Positions 24,797 to 38,419 of a stretch of DNA of 64,000 nucleotides are shown piece after piece. A model generated the notes under the pieces. It was not told the origin of the DNA and ran no database searches. It saw nothing but the letters and a program-made list of their open reading frames with translations. A program made the translations under genes and the position numbers. The stretch is from Octopus vulgaris (Eukaryota): contig OX597818.1 of the NCBI GenBank assembly GCA_951406725.2, positions 64,728,001-64,792,000 on the forward strand. The letters are read 5' to 3'. How positions within the stretch are numbered: position 1 is the stretch's first letter; every line of letters starts with the position of its first letter.

Positions 24797-25887
24797 AATG
24801 ATCATTTACAAAGATGACTCTGACGTTATTAACGTTGACGTTATTAACATATTCAGAAACAACAATGACAGCGTAATGTAAATGTTTTCTCTTCATCCAT
24901 TATCATTACTTTTAAAAACAAAATAATATAATAATAAATTGGTAAAATGATCAGGAAGAAGCTTTCTTGACAGACAGACACCAAAGCCATCTACGATATA
25001 TTGATGTCGCCTTTAATGGTATGTGAAGACCTTTAGACAGCAATATAGCGTTCCTTGGCGCATTCACTTGCATTGTTTCTCCCTAGTCGAATTAGCAGGG
25101 CACAATAATGGGCGCCATGTAATGTTCATAGTTTCCCTCATTTGGATTGGTGTTCATGCATATTGTCTCTGTTTCTCTTTCAAAAATTTGACAAAATGTT
25201 GTTCCTCTACTTCTCTTTCAAACATTTCCTTTTGGCAAGAATTTATTCCTGAAGTGTGGCTTCATTCTTTTTTTCAACACCTTACTCTTGAAAATCTACC
25301 AAATTCATACAATTAGAACCGAATTCTTTCTTGTGTTTGTATCAGTGTAAATAATTGAAGATTTGTGCGTAGAAAAGCATGACTCTAATGACACAAGTTT
25401 GCACAAAAGCTTGAATAAGCGTAGTGATTGTTACATAGTTCTGTGAATTGTATAGATGCAAGTCATTGACCGAGCACCTCCAGCATTGTATTCGCATCCA
25501 CTTGTGCATCTATATAAAGGAGTTACACCGAAGTTTATTCGTGTCGCTTTTGTACCAATTTTTGTTTGTACGCTCATGTGAGATACTAACACCTATTTCC
25601 ACTGCTTCGCTGCGATCATATTCACACGCATCAGTCTTGTTGATCTTATTAGCGAAAAAGTGATTTTCTTTAGATTTAAAGCGGAAATTTCGAAATATCG
25701 CGAAATGTTTAAATAAGATATATCAAAGATAAATACGATGATACCTCGTGGAGAAGTGTCCATCAACGTGATTCTTGCACCTCATAAATTACAAATCGAA
25801 CAGTGTTAATAGCATATATAACGAAATAATATTTAATAATTCTGAGATTATACCTCGATTTCCCTTTTTACATATACATCTTTTGTT

Positions 25888-26153
25888 TGTGTCTGGGGAG
25901 AGTCATTTAAATGTTATGCCTTATTATGTAACACATTCACCGGTAAAATTTCCACTTTTTTCTTATCTTTATTGTCCTAAAATTTTCGTTGCGTCTTGCA
26001 ACCTTTTCAGTTGTTTTGACTTTTGAAAATGTTGCAAGATGCAACGAATATTCTAGAACAATTTTACCGGTGAATGTGTTACATAATAAGACACAAAAAC
26101 AAAATGACTCTCCCCAGACACAATACAATATGCTTCAACACACGAACTCATAT
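25888..26153. mobile_element. Palindromic foldback element with HHR-like motifs near the centre (copy 1)
   Basis: ~120-bp inverted arms (TGTGTCTGGGGAGAGTCAT...ATGACTCTCCCCAGACACA) plus a one-sided extension; second copy at 60190-60485. Confidence 0.85.
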
Positions 26154-26849
26154 AAAGAATCTTACAAACCAAATCCCAAACCGAAATATACGTTTTTGTT
26201 TCCCATAATGTCATCAAAGTTTTGTTACTCTTCAGTACATTTTTGAATAATTGTAAAAGGGTTGTATATAATATTGTATAACGCCTTACCTTATGGTTAT
26301 CACAATTTCCACAATAAAATATGAGTGCGTGTGTCTGATTAGTTAAGTGGTCAAATATTTAAGTAGTTAACTAATTGCAATAAAAGCGTTTGCCTCTGTG
26401 ACGAAAGTGCGTGCCTTTGTTATTAGCATAATGGCACTTCTAAGATGAAAGAAAATCTAAGCTATCTCTATTTAAGATAATTTCCAACAATTCCGGTTTC
26501 ATTTTCTTACAAGACGTAACTGGTTTGTTTTGAAGTATTTTTCGATTATCAACAAATCTAGAGGGAGTTTTTATCAAATAATTTCTTTAATTGCTGGGAT
26601 TATATCAGTTAATCGAATTTGTTTCAGTCAGCTTCCTTACATAATATTCCTAATGTGAAGCTAGAAACCAATCCTCTATCCCCACCTCTCTCTCTCTCTT
26701 TTTGTCTATGTGCCTATATGTGTGTGTGTGTGTGTGTATAGCTGTCTACCTGTCTGTCTGTATGTATTAAGAATAAATTCACACACACATATACATATAA
26801 CGAATATATATGTATATATATACACACACATACACACACACATATATGT

Positions 26850-26905
<56 letters not shown>

Positions 26906-27639
26906 GTGTGTGTCTGTGTGTTTAACCGCGTGTATATATATCGACTACGCCATCTATTTTCTGTGTGTATGAAGGTTTTGTTTGTCTTTATGTGTTTGAG
27001 AAAGAGAAGTCTTATAACTGCACATTGTGCAAACAATTAGTGTTGAATAAATCTGTGTAGAGAGTGTCTTGTCCAGAAATACCAATTACAATACTTGCCA
27101 TTACTCTAGAAACTTAATTAAGTGAGTTAAGTGTTTCGACGTATTCATTTTTTATCTCAAGATTAAGCGAAATGTCAAAATATTTGTTAGTCGGAATTAT
27201 AAAAAAAAATAAGAGTAAATAAATCTAATAAAAATCAAGTGTATTTGTATTATTGTGTTCAAAAGCTAAATATCTCATTTGTGATGTTTTATTTTTTGTA
27301 ATGTCTAGAAAGTTAAATATATTTTCTACACGAAATGTGACAACGAGAACTAGCAAGACGTATATTGAAAGAGTTGTTGTAGATGAGATATCTCGACGAC
27401 AAATTTTAGGATGATATTAAATCAATACTCCCTGTCACATTCCGTATGAACTAGTATGTATATATATGCGACGAAAGATGGAATATATTTAATATACGAA
27501 GGTCTAGATGGATCAAACTACAGGAACGTTAAGGACTGTATAATTTTACGTTACAGAAACCCATAAGTTGAATTTAAATTACGGCAGAAAAGCCCTTCTG
27601 ATGAGGGTTTATATACTAAACAGTATTTGTTAAACTTTT

Positions 27640-27960
27640 GCATTATATTTTACTTACTCATTAAAGTACGGCAGAGCTGTAGTATTGGAAATCTTCTCGA
27701 AAGAATCGACGCTACTAAATATATTTTAAAACCTGGTACCTTGTCTATCGGTAACTTTTCGCGAACCGCTAGTTACGGACTTAAATATACCGACACCAGT
27801 TCTCAAGTGGTGTGGCGGGGGTAAAACACACACGTACACAGACACTCACATACATACACAAACACATGCACATATATATGTTACATATACAACTGGCTTC
27901 ATTTATTTTCCGTCTTCTAAATCTACACATGAGCATGCCTATAAGGTCGGAAAATAGCAC
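27640..27960 (-). mobile_element. SINE family B, diverged and partial
   Basis: TCTATCGG..TTT.CGAACCGCTAGTTACGG..TAAA..ACC collinear with 9425-9833. Confidence 0.65.
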
Positions 27961-28019
27961 AGCTCCCATCACTTTCAGACACATGTTTTCAGACTCAGAG
28001 TTAAGCAGGAGCATCCTAG

Positions 28020-28237
28020 GGAAGAGGAGAAGAAGGGGGGGCGGGAAGAGGAAGAAGAATAGATGAAGGAGAAGAAGGAGGAGGATGAAGAAGAGGAAGA
28101 GATGAAGGAGAAGAAGGACGAGGAAGAGGAGGATGAAGAAGAGAGGAAGGAGGAGGAAGAAGAGAGGAAGAAGAAGGATGAAGAGAAGTAGGAGAAGAGA
28201 AAGAAGAGGGAGAGGGAGAAAGATAAGAAAAGAAAAA
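28020..28237. repeat. Purine-rich (GAA/GAG) low-complexity tract
   Basis: Direct inspection. Confidence 0.9.
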
Positions 28238-28369
28238 TCCAGGAGTGCTGTGCCACAAGAAATTGTTCGTGGAAACATCTATAATGGTCAAATAACCTAA
28301 AAGTGACCTGTTGTGGTCGCAGCAGTGGTGTTTGGAAATGTTCAAACTACTTGTTGTAGTTCCATCTGT

Positions 28370-29535
28370 GGTGTCGGAATTCAAACAACGTTTATATTTT
28401 GGGATAAAGTATGATTCTTTGCTAATGCGCTGATTATAGTTTGCATCGTCTCTGAATTTATAGAGGGGAAAACTTTTACAGTTGTGTTTTTCGTTAGTGG
28501 CACAAATATCAATGTGCTCGGTCATTCCTTTTTGTTTTTGTATTCTCACATTTTAGTCTTGGATCTATATACAATCATCCTAGGGCGTAGACTGTTTTTA
28601 GTTTAACCAATATATTGTTCTCAACACCCTTAGCAAGTTAATACATATAGTAGGTGTTCCAAGTTACATGTGAAGTTGTTTTTCGCTGTAAAACATTGCC
28701 CCTGTTTGAAGGAGAAATTCGATCCTTCAATTAAATTGACGCATATACCATAGTTAGGCCTTCCGCATTGTTTTACTGTCGATTTCGATGTTGCTGACGA
28801 GTGCATTTGGGCCTATGCTAAAAGAATTTTCATTGACGTGGGTTGTCTTTTGCTCTTTATGAAGCGCGACTGGAGAATATGATCCATTCAATGGTCCCTT
28901 TTTAGTAAAGGGATATTCTGGAGAATGGTCTCGAATGCCTCATTGTTGAGAGGGCTGTGCGTGGATATGTATGGTATGGCTTTTGGTTGTAAATCTTTAT
29001 TTAGTCTAGCGTGTCTGAGCTCATGGATATTGAGTTGGTGGGTAGTTCCTGCTGATGAGTGTATCTTGTAGTTCATGTAGTCGTGTGTTCCTGGTTCTTG
29101 TATCAGATGCTATCGTACAAATCCTTTTTGCCAGGTTGTAAGGAATATTCATTCTAGTGCTTCTGGGGTTGCAAGAGTTGAATGGCAGATATTGCTTGGT
29201 GCTCGTGGACTTATAGTTAATGTCTATTTTTTAATTTTGTTTTTTGGATTTCTTAATGAGTACCTCGAGGAATGGAAGTTGTCTCTGGCCATATTCCATT
29301 GTAAATTGAATTTGTATGTCAATTCCATTTAGAAGTGCTTGGAATTCTTTAACTATCTCTATACTTTCATACCAAATAGTGAATCTGTTATATAGACATC
29401 ATTTCCAGCTATTTGCTACGTACCGGGACAATGGGTTTCCTTATTTTTCTGGCAACTTAATTAAAAAATTGATTTCTATGTACCCCATGACTAGGTTAGA
29501 AAAGAAGGGGTCCATTCGCGTGCCCATCGCAGTTC
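28370..29535 (-). pseudogene. Decayed Penelope-like retroelement ORF (RT + thumb + Zn-knuckle linker + GIY-YIG; Neptune-like architecture)
   Basis: Minus-strand peptides in order: GTAMGTRMDPFFSNLVMGYIE; WK*CLYNRFTIW (decayed YxDD); IQFTMEYGQRQLPFLEVLI; DINYKSTSTKQYLPFNSCNPRSTRMNIPYNLAKRICTI; IPYISTHSP; KQCGRPNYGIC; NFTCNLEHLLYVLTC*GC*EQYIG*T (GIY-YIG); EHIDIC...RISKESYFIPKYKRCLN. Confidence 0.9.
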
Positions 29536-29544
29536 CCGATTATT

Positions 29545-29665
29545 GTCTGCCGAGGTTAGCCTTTCTTCCTTTCGGGGTCAATGAAAATGTACCAGTTACG
29601 CACTGGTGTGGGTATAATCGACATGCTCACTCCACCCAAATTTTCAAGGCCTTGTGTCTAGTGTA
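29545..29665 (+). mobile_element. SINE family A 3' fragment abutting the truncated PLE
   Basis: GCCGAGGTTAGCCTTTCTTCCTTTCGGGGTCAATGAAAATGTACCAGTTACGCACTGG. Confidence 0.75.
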
Positions 29666-29714
29666 GCAATAATAATTATTTTATATTTCTCTCAGTCAGA
29701 ATATATGCGAATAT

Positions 29715-30132
29715 ATCCGTTATTTTCTATCTTATATTTGTTACAGTCTTCAGACAGACCTGAAGGATTTCCAGTCGAATAATTCGGCTTCAGTACTTTA
29801 TGCCTTCTTTTAAACTGTGTACTTATTTTCTCAGTCACATTTGGCGTAGCACAAAATTACCGGACCGTAAAACATATCAACACCGGGTGAAGGAGGTGGA
29901 GAGTCACGCACAGACACAATAGCATACACACATGCGCGCGCACACACATAAGTATACACAAGAGGGTCTTCTTTCTCTTTCTGTCTACCAAACGAACAAA
30001 CGCACTCACAATGATTTGGGGCGCCCAGGACTGTAGTTGGAAATAATTGCCGTTTGTGCCAAAAAGTGGGATTGAACCTTTAAACCATGTGGATAGGGAG
30101 CTAAATTGCTTACCACATAATCGTGTCTGCCT
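29715..30132 (-). mobile_element. SINE family B, strongly diverged
   Basis: TCTACCAAA..CACTCACAA, GTGGGATTGAACC..AACCATGTGG, CTTACCACA collinear with family B. Confidence 0.6.
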
Positions 30133-31104
30133 CTATCTCACAATTACGCCTACGATATCATCGGGTTACGCCTGCACTTATTTGTATATATACACAGACG
30201 CGCACACATATATGCATACACACACATATTTGTGTACACATATATCCGTTCGTCGACGAATCATACAGTGTCACGGTATGATGTGAATAAATAATTCGTC
30301 TGTAGTGTATAAACATTTTGATTGATCAATTGAACAGTTAGGTATGTATAATCACACGAACCACTTCGCGTCTGTTTGGATACTCAGACTTCTTTGCACA
30401 ATGACAATCTCGTTAATAGTGAAATTGTAAATGATGGAGTAGTTTTATGATCTATTTGTATATTTATATAAATTGATGTAGCTTATGTGAATCATTGAGT
30501 TTGCAGAATTTTTGTTAAAAGGAAAACAATCGGAATCGTTTCAGTATTTGGGTTATATATTACAGAAGAGAATGTGAAATCCGTTGCCTTGGACACTCGG
30601 TAGAGACCAGAGCATAGTTTGAGACATGAAGGTCCTTATATGTTCGTGCGTATGTGTGTTTGTGTGCGTGTATTACAATAATGACATTATCTCCCAGGAA
30701 TAATTAGATGTACAACAGTGTTTCTTTTACATTCAGAGTGAGATAAATATTTTGTAATTTAGAAGACAGCCAGCTACATAATTAATAATCAATACTAAAT
30801 GACACGAATGGAGAAATTAAAATAATACATTGTGTGATGATGTTGACACATATAAGGAATAAATGAGCAAATTGCTTGAAAGGGAGAAATGGGTGTTATG
30901 ATGGTACTACTTTTGGCAGTGGAATGGTGGAAGAAAGGAATACTTAATTTCCTTGTTCTCGATCCCTGTGCTAAACGGATAGTTTGTATTATCGATTCTA
31001 TAAAGAAGAAAGTAGACGCAGCGCAATGTGAACACGAAATACGAAGCCGGAAGAAATGGTGTTGAGCATTTTGCACTAAGGAGTCAAACCACCATACTGT
31101 CTTT

Positions 31105-31390
31105 TTCTTTTTTTATGCACCCTTTTTCAAGCTTAGCCAGGCTTGTGGGCCCGGTTTCCCGGTTTCTGTGGCGTATGTGTTACCCCCAGGTGAACGGGAC
31201 CCCGGTCCATCGCAGCATTACTCAAGAAACAGAAAGAAAGAGTGAGAGTAAGTTGGGGTGAAAGAGTACAACAGGGGTCGCCACCACACCCTGCCGGAGC
31301 ATCGTGGAGCTTTAGGTGTTTTCGATCAATAAACACACAAACGCCCGGTCTGGGAATCGAAACCGTGATCTTCCGACCGCGAGTCCACAG
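31105..31390 (-). mobile_element. tRNA-derived SINE family C (tail type 1)
   Basis: Reverse complement of the family C head; tail (CCGGGAAACCGGGCCCAC..AAGCCTGGCT) related to 2700-2828. Confidence 0.82.
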
Positions 31391-31559
31391 CATAATGTAT
31401 ATAGAGAAATAATAAAATATTGTAATTTGAAACAAAATCATTCTGAGTAGGTTTAGGTAGGGGTGTTGAGTTTCCATATAAGAATGTTTTTCGTTTAGAT
31501 TAAAAGTCCATCTATTCTGAGGGGAGAAAAATAACCCCATATCACTTACAAATTTTGGG

Positions 31560-32320
31560 TCACAGCCAACAAATGAAGGGCCTGGGGTAAGTTGATTACA
31601 TCGACCCTAATGAACTACTGGTATATATTTTATCGACGCTGAAAAGATGAACGGCAAAATCAGCCTCGGTGCGATTTCAAATTAAATCGGAAAGACAAAC
31701 GAAATGCCACTGAAAATCTTGCGTTGCGTGCTAAAGATTTTGCAGCTCACCCCCAATAACTTATATTAGTTTTCCACTGGTTCTATATTTTATTGTCGTT
31801 GGAGGCCTAAACGATAACTTGATCGCCAGCAAATTTGAATTCAGGACGTCAAATGACAAAATAAACACCACCAGGCATTTTCTCTGACATTTTAATACTT
31901 CAGCATGATCGGTGATGTTAGCAAACACACAGATTTGAGAATAAGGGATTCATTAACCGTATTGATATCAGTATTTGGCTGCAAAAATATTATTTATCGA
32001 TGCTGGAGGGATTGAAAGCGAAGGTGACTTTCGCGGGTTGTGAAACTCAGGCGCAAAGAAGCGCAACAAATCCTCAAAAGAATTATACTCGTTATTCAGC
32101 AAAATCGTCACCTTTTCCGAAATATTTACAGTTTCGAATTTTGGCACAATGCCAGTAGTGATGAGAAGATGGAGTCTATCGGTTAAATTATAATCAGTAC
32201 TCAAATGTTCCTATGTTAACGACCTCTGAAAGATGAAAGAGTAAGTCTACTACAGTGGATTTTGAACTCAAAACTTAAAAACCGGAAGAAATACCAATAT
32301 GCATTCCATACGGCGCACAA
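31560..32320 (-). mobile_element. Cluster of 3-4 diverged SINE family A fragments
   Basis: Repeated minus-strand GATGAA...AAAGTC.AC...GAATTTGAACTCA motifs. Confidence 0.55.
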
Positions 32321-32367
32321 TTCCTAAGTCTCAATATGCTGACAAATTTCCTCCTAGAATTGAAAGG

Positions 32368-32472
<105 letters not shown>

Positions 32473-32515
32473 TATATATATTTACTTCTATAACATTTTG
32501 GTAAGGAAATGTATT

Positions 32516-32641
<126 letters not shown>

Positions 32642-33033
32642 GGAACGTTTAGTGCTATATATATATATAAGTGTGTGTGTGTATATATATATTTATTCGT
32701 GTATATATATAATATAGATGTAGACAGAGAGATAGATATATAGATAAATAGATAGATTAAATATATTGATATATTTGTGCGCATGCCCGTGTGTGTATAT
32801 GTATGAACATACATAAATATGTATATATATATTTTTATACATGCCGCTGTCTATCTGTATCTCTACATATGTGCGTGTACACACACACACACATACACAC
32901 ATATGTAAGAATATCTGTGTGTGCGTATGTGTACGTGCACCTGTACTTGCGTGTTTGTATATATATATATATATATGCATATATGAACGTGGGAGTGCAT
33001 GTACGTATGTATATATATATATATGTGTGTGTG

Positions 33034-33082
<49 letters not shown>

Positions 33083-34002
33083 TGTGTGTGTATGCATATA
33101 TGTACGCCTGTACGGAGAAGCAGGTGGAAGACATGGAGAGATAAACAAACGAAGAATTAGCGATACAGGAATAAATTCTTATTAAATTATGACTGTCAAT
33201 TAATCATTTTTTAAAAGGAAGAAATGCACGAACACTTTTTTACAATTTATAATCTGTTTCTCTCATAAAACCACGGAGCATATTAAAATTATATTTATAT
33301 TTAATCATAAATCGATTTTACAATTATTAGCGACACAATTTAATTTTAATTTTCCGAGTTTTATTGTTTCTTTTTCGTGTGATGCGAGAAAATCAAATCT
33401 AGAGTTATTTCCCTTGTTATTACGGTCGCTATTGTTTCCTCGCCTCCTTCCATCATCGCAAGTCAAGTAATTTGATTAGCTTTGCCAACTGCTAGATTTA
33501 ACGCAGTCGCTGCCAAATATAATTCCTGATACGAGAAATAAGTAAACGGTTTCGATATCGGATTGTTTATTTACAAAACCTATCGATTATTTTCTCCATA
33601 AAGCATTAGATTGTTCAGATAATGACTTTTCCTCCAGACAAATTAAATTTATTGACTTACACCTGGGTATATTAACTTACATAATATTCGGTTCTGTTAT
33701 AAAATATACTGCTTCAACATGTTTACAGCTAAAAGCAGCATCAAGCACAAGGAAGAATGTCTTTAGTAACAACTTACAACACACTCTATAGCTTAAGAGT
33801 ATATGTTTTCTTCCAGTTCCTAATAAGCCCTTTAATCTGTAATATTTCTATCAACACTTTTTGCCTTTGTAAGCGCGTGCGAACACACAGATACACCCAC
33901 ACACACACACAGACACACACAAACACTCACATACACGCACTCAATAAAACAGATGTTTGAACATGCACACGCACATGAGTAATACTAGATTTAGGTGTAT
34001 GG

Positions 34003-34110
<108 letters not shown>

Positions 34111-34212
34111 CTATGTATACATATAATTTGATGGATAGATGTGCAGATTAATAGATACATACCTACATATACAAACAAATATAATCATGCACATGTAAAT
34201 ACTTAATACACA

Positions 34213-34260
<48 letters not shown>

Positions 34261-34404
34261 ATCATATCAAAGAGAAATGGAAATTAATTAAAATTTTCCT
34301 TTCCAATGGCCTAACGTGTAAAAATTTAGTCCAAAGACTATACATTAGTCATAAAACGTGTTGAATCCCACGAGTGGATTCCTCATGCGTTTAACTGTAC
34401 ACTG

Positions 34405-34452
<48 letters not shown>

Positions 34453-34519
34453 TCACGCACACATGCTCGCACACAGACACACACAGACGCACACACACGT
34501 ATATAAATATAAGCATGTC

Positions 34520-34733
34520 CGGGGAGCGTTCGTTTTCGAGGAGAGCATCAGTCGCCCATGCTTAGCAGCCTCCGGTACAAGTGACATCGTAACTCATTTT
34601 TACAGCTAAGTGCAGTAGAGTAAAATAAAGTACCTTCCTAAAGAGCACGACACACAGCCCGGTCCTGAAATCGAACGCACAACCTCACGATCGTAAGCTT
34701 GATGTTCTAACCGCTGAGCAATGCACCTTCACA
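34520..34733 (-). mobile_element. Diverged tRNA-derived SINE (family D)
   Basis: Minus strand GTGAAGGTGCATTGCTCAGCGGTTAGAAC...GCGTTCGATTTCAGGACCGGG..TGTGTCGTGCTCTTTAGGAAGGTACTT. Confidence 0.65.
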
Positions 34734-34757
34734 TTATCATACATACATATATGTATG

Positions 34758-34835
<78 letters not shown>

Positions 34836-35037
34836 TTTGAATGCATATATATATATATATACATACATACATTTCTATGCATATATATATATATATATAT
34901 ATAATTTAATAGGTGAATGAATATATGCTTATCGTTAGCATGGAAAATTCATTTTTAGCAAATTCACGTCAGAAAACACGGTTGAAGCGACCTGTCAAGG
35001 AATTTTGTTAACATCTTCGTTCGACTCCGTTGTTTCA

Positions 35038-35101
<64 letters not shown>

Positions 35102-35152
35102 TATACATATATTTGTATGGTTTAAAGAGTATATATATATTATATATGTATG

Positions 35153-35183
<31 letters not shown>

Positions 35184-36266
35184 GAGAGAGAGAGAGAGAG
35201 ATATGGATAGATAGACAAATAGATACATACATACATACATACCCACGTACATACATACATACATACATATATACATAACATTTATTTACTCTTTAAACCT
35301 CAAACTTTTTTTGAGACCGGACTGCGATCGATTATGCTAGCTTGATGAGATAGTTTCGACCTTTAGAAATTTGCTTAATTGGATATTCTCAAAAATAAAA
35401 TCAACCTGTAACTACGTGAGTGTCTATTCATCTGGATCGATATTCTTTTAGTGTTTTGTCAAAATATCTTCTTAACCTCATTGTATTTGCCCTTGTATTG
35501 TATCCTGCTTTTATCTAATCTTCAGATTAGTGAAAATCCCGAGGTCTTCTAAATATATTCTCACAATATTTCTAGCTTGCACATCATCATGCTGATCAAA
35601 AGAACTTTATTTCATCGAATTGACCATGAATGTCATACATAGATAAAGGTAGCTGCAGGCTGGACAGGGACATTAGTGTGTATGAAAACGACAAGGATGG
35701 AGAAAAAAAAAAATAATAATGGGAGGGGCACCGGCGCCCGTCGACCGATAACCTCTCGAAATCATTGTTCAAATTAAATCAATATAAATCAAAATTATAA
35801 TAAAAGAATTCAAGGATTAAAATTACAGATTACAAAAATATATTTTTCATTATTCTTCGTTTTCCTCATCCGGGCTCCCAAGTAAATTTTCTGCCGCCTG
35901 CAGGAAAGCCTGCATCGGCAGGCGCTGATCAAAAGAACTTATTGTTGAGTGAAATCGTGGCATAATTTCAAGGATCGTTGAAGTAGCATTGTTCATTCTC
36001 GAAAGAGGATTCGCGAATAATTTAGCTAATAGAGATGAAACTGCAGATCGTCCTCATCACTGAATTGAAGAGCAACGCTCAATTTATACATGTTGTTGCA
36101 ATATTCTTTATGTAGTAAGTGTTTCAGTCAACGGATGCAACTATACTGGGGCAATACTTTAAAAGCTTTTCTTCAAGCAGATCGACTTCAATCGTTTAAA
36201 ATATTTTATTATTTTATCCGTTATGCTATCAAATTGCTAGAGCGTGTGTGTATATATATATATATA

Positions 36267-36385
36267 CAGGGTGGGCCAGAATTCTTGACTCACTTGTTAG
36301 ATATATCTATTAATATATTAATATTTATCAAGAAACATATGAAGAAATATAACTCGTAAGTGAATCAGAAATTCTGGCCCAACAC
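36267..36385. mobile_element. Mariner-type MITE (~119 bp)
   Basis: TA|CAGGGTGGGCCAGAATTCTTGACTCACTT ... AAGTGAATCAGAAATTCTGGCCCA; right end eroded into (CA)n. Confidence 0.75.
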
Positions 36386-36422
36386 ACACACACACACACA
36401 CACAAAGACATATATATATACC

Positions 36423-36612
36423 ACACGGAACGTTGTCACTGAACAGTTCGCGGATTCAAAGCGAAGAAAATATTTTGACATTAAATTTAAATGCCGAAGG
36501 GAATCACACGGTTTTGTGTGTGCTTTAAGTGGCTTATAAACGCCTTCCACGCTGCAATTGTTTTCCTTTAAGCACACGATCTCAGATCAAGTTACTTGCT
36601 ATGCAAGTACAT
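36423..36612 (+). mobile_element. Short non-coding element beginning with an HHR-like motif (36434-36480)
   Basis: TGTCA-CTGAACA-G-TTCGC..GCGAA-GAAA-ATAT-TT-TGACA; homologous to 11733-12177. Confidence 0.7.
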
Positions 36613-36633
36613 ATGTAAGTGTGTATGTATGTA

Positions 36634-36688
<55 letters not shown>

Positions 36689-37406
36689 GTGTGAGTTATA
36701 GAAAACAGTTCCTAAAATCGTTGTCCAGCATAGAGATTATTTGTATGATGTATTGAATTTCTTACTTTCATATCATCTGATTTTCGCTAATGTTCATAAT
36801 AGTGGACCAAGTTGATTTTTACCACATATTTAAATTTCGCTATTTGAAATACATTTTGTTTTCATCTAAGATAGATAACAGAGAAGCGACGCCAAGATTT
36901 TAATCCACGCTCGCATTTTATGAAAGACCTCTTGTCTTTTGTTTGTGCGTTGAATCCAGTAATTGACTGATGAATACCACATCATAATCCTGTAGTGAAC
37001 AACCAGCAAAATAAGAGAGATGTCTAGCAGATAGGATGTCAGGTAATGTTATGCCATTTGAGAAAAAGAGAAGAACATCGCTAACGAGAAATATCATGTG
37101 ATATATCAAAATTTATTTAGATATATCTTCTAAGAGAGCACCAAATGATTGTACTCCCTCAATTCTATGCTACGCGATTATTTACAGCATCGTCTTCATA
37201 AACTGCTTTCATTGCCAAACAGACACTGACTTTGCTTTTAATTTATGATAGTAAGTAATATTCGATATTTTTCTATTTAATTTGTTATTCACGTCACTGA
37301 AAAATAAATAATTTTCTCCCCTATGATTAGTTGGCCACCTAAACTTATTCAGCACAAGATATCTGACACATAAAAGCTTAGAGTAAAAACTTGAGAGGTG
37401 TCATAG

Positions 37407-38135
37407 GTTAGCGCACCGGGCGAAATTCTTAGCGGTATTTCTTCTGCGGCTTCGTTCTCAGTTCAAATTCCGCCGAGGTCGACTTTGCCTTTCATCCTTT
37501 CGGGGTCGAAAAATTAGGTACCAGTTACGCACTAACGTCGATGTAATCGAGTTAATCCCTTTGTCTGTCCTTGTTTGTCCCCTCTGTGTTTAGCCCCTTG
37601 TGGGTAGTAAAGAAATAGGTATTTCGTCTGTGTTTACGCTTGATTTCAAATTCCACCGAGGTCGACTTTGCTTTTCATCATTTTGGGGTCGATAAATTAC
37701 GTTGCGTACTGGGGTCTATCTAATCGACTGGACCGTCTCTCCAAATTTCGGGCCTTGTGCCTAGAGCATGAAAGAGGAGGGGTCGAGGTGGCAGAATCGT
37801 TAGCTTGCTGGGCTTAATGTTTAGCAACATTTCGCCCGTCGCTACTTCCCGAATTCATGTTCTCCCGTAGTCGACGTTGCTTTTCATCTTTTCGGGGTGG
37901 ATAAATTGAGTTCCAGTGAAACACTGGGCTCAATGTAAACGACTTGTTTCTCCCACCGAAACTTCAGACCTTGTGTCTATAGTAGTACTCTTGTATTGAA
38001 ATTCCGCTGAGGTCGACTTTACCTTTCATTATTTTCGGATCGTTTAAATAAGTACCAGGCACGCATTCGGTTCAATGTAATCGTTTCATCCCCTTCTCCC
38101 AAAATATCTGTACTTGTGGCAACATTTGAAACCGT
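37407..38135 (+). mobile_element. Head-to-tail array of four SINE family A units
   Basis: Core AATTCC.CCGAGGTCGACTTT.C.TTTCATC.TTTCGGGGTCGA recurs at ~37465, 37648, 37858 and 38000. Confidence 0.85.
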
Positions 38136-38419
38136 TGTTACTCTTGTACCGGCCATAATAGGTCTCATTCTGATAATACGGAAAGTCAAAAATAGTTTAT
38201 GGTTTGAAAAAATGTTGTCCATTTACTTTTCATGGATATCTTAAAGCTTTATATGGACACTGGAAGCAGTTAGAAAGTCTTTTACTTGGTTTTCACATTT
38301 TCTCAAATAAAGTAGGATTAGAATTTGTGTGACAAAATGCATGATTTTGATAATGGAAATGCGATGACTTGCAGGAACCTACATAACTGAAATGATAAAT
38401 AGTCGACCCTTAAAAGCAA

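Noticed and set aside
27595-27630. CTGATGAGGG motif
   Set aside because: No GAAA or closing helices
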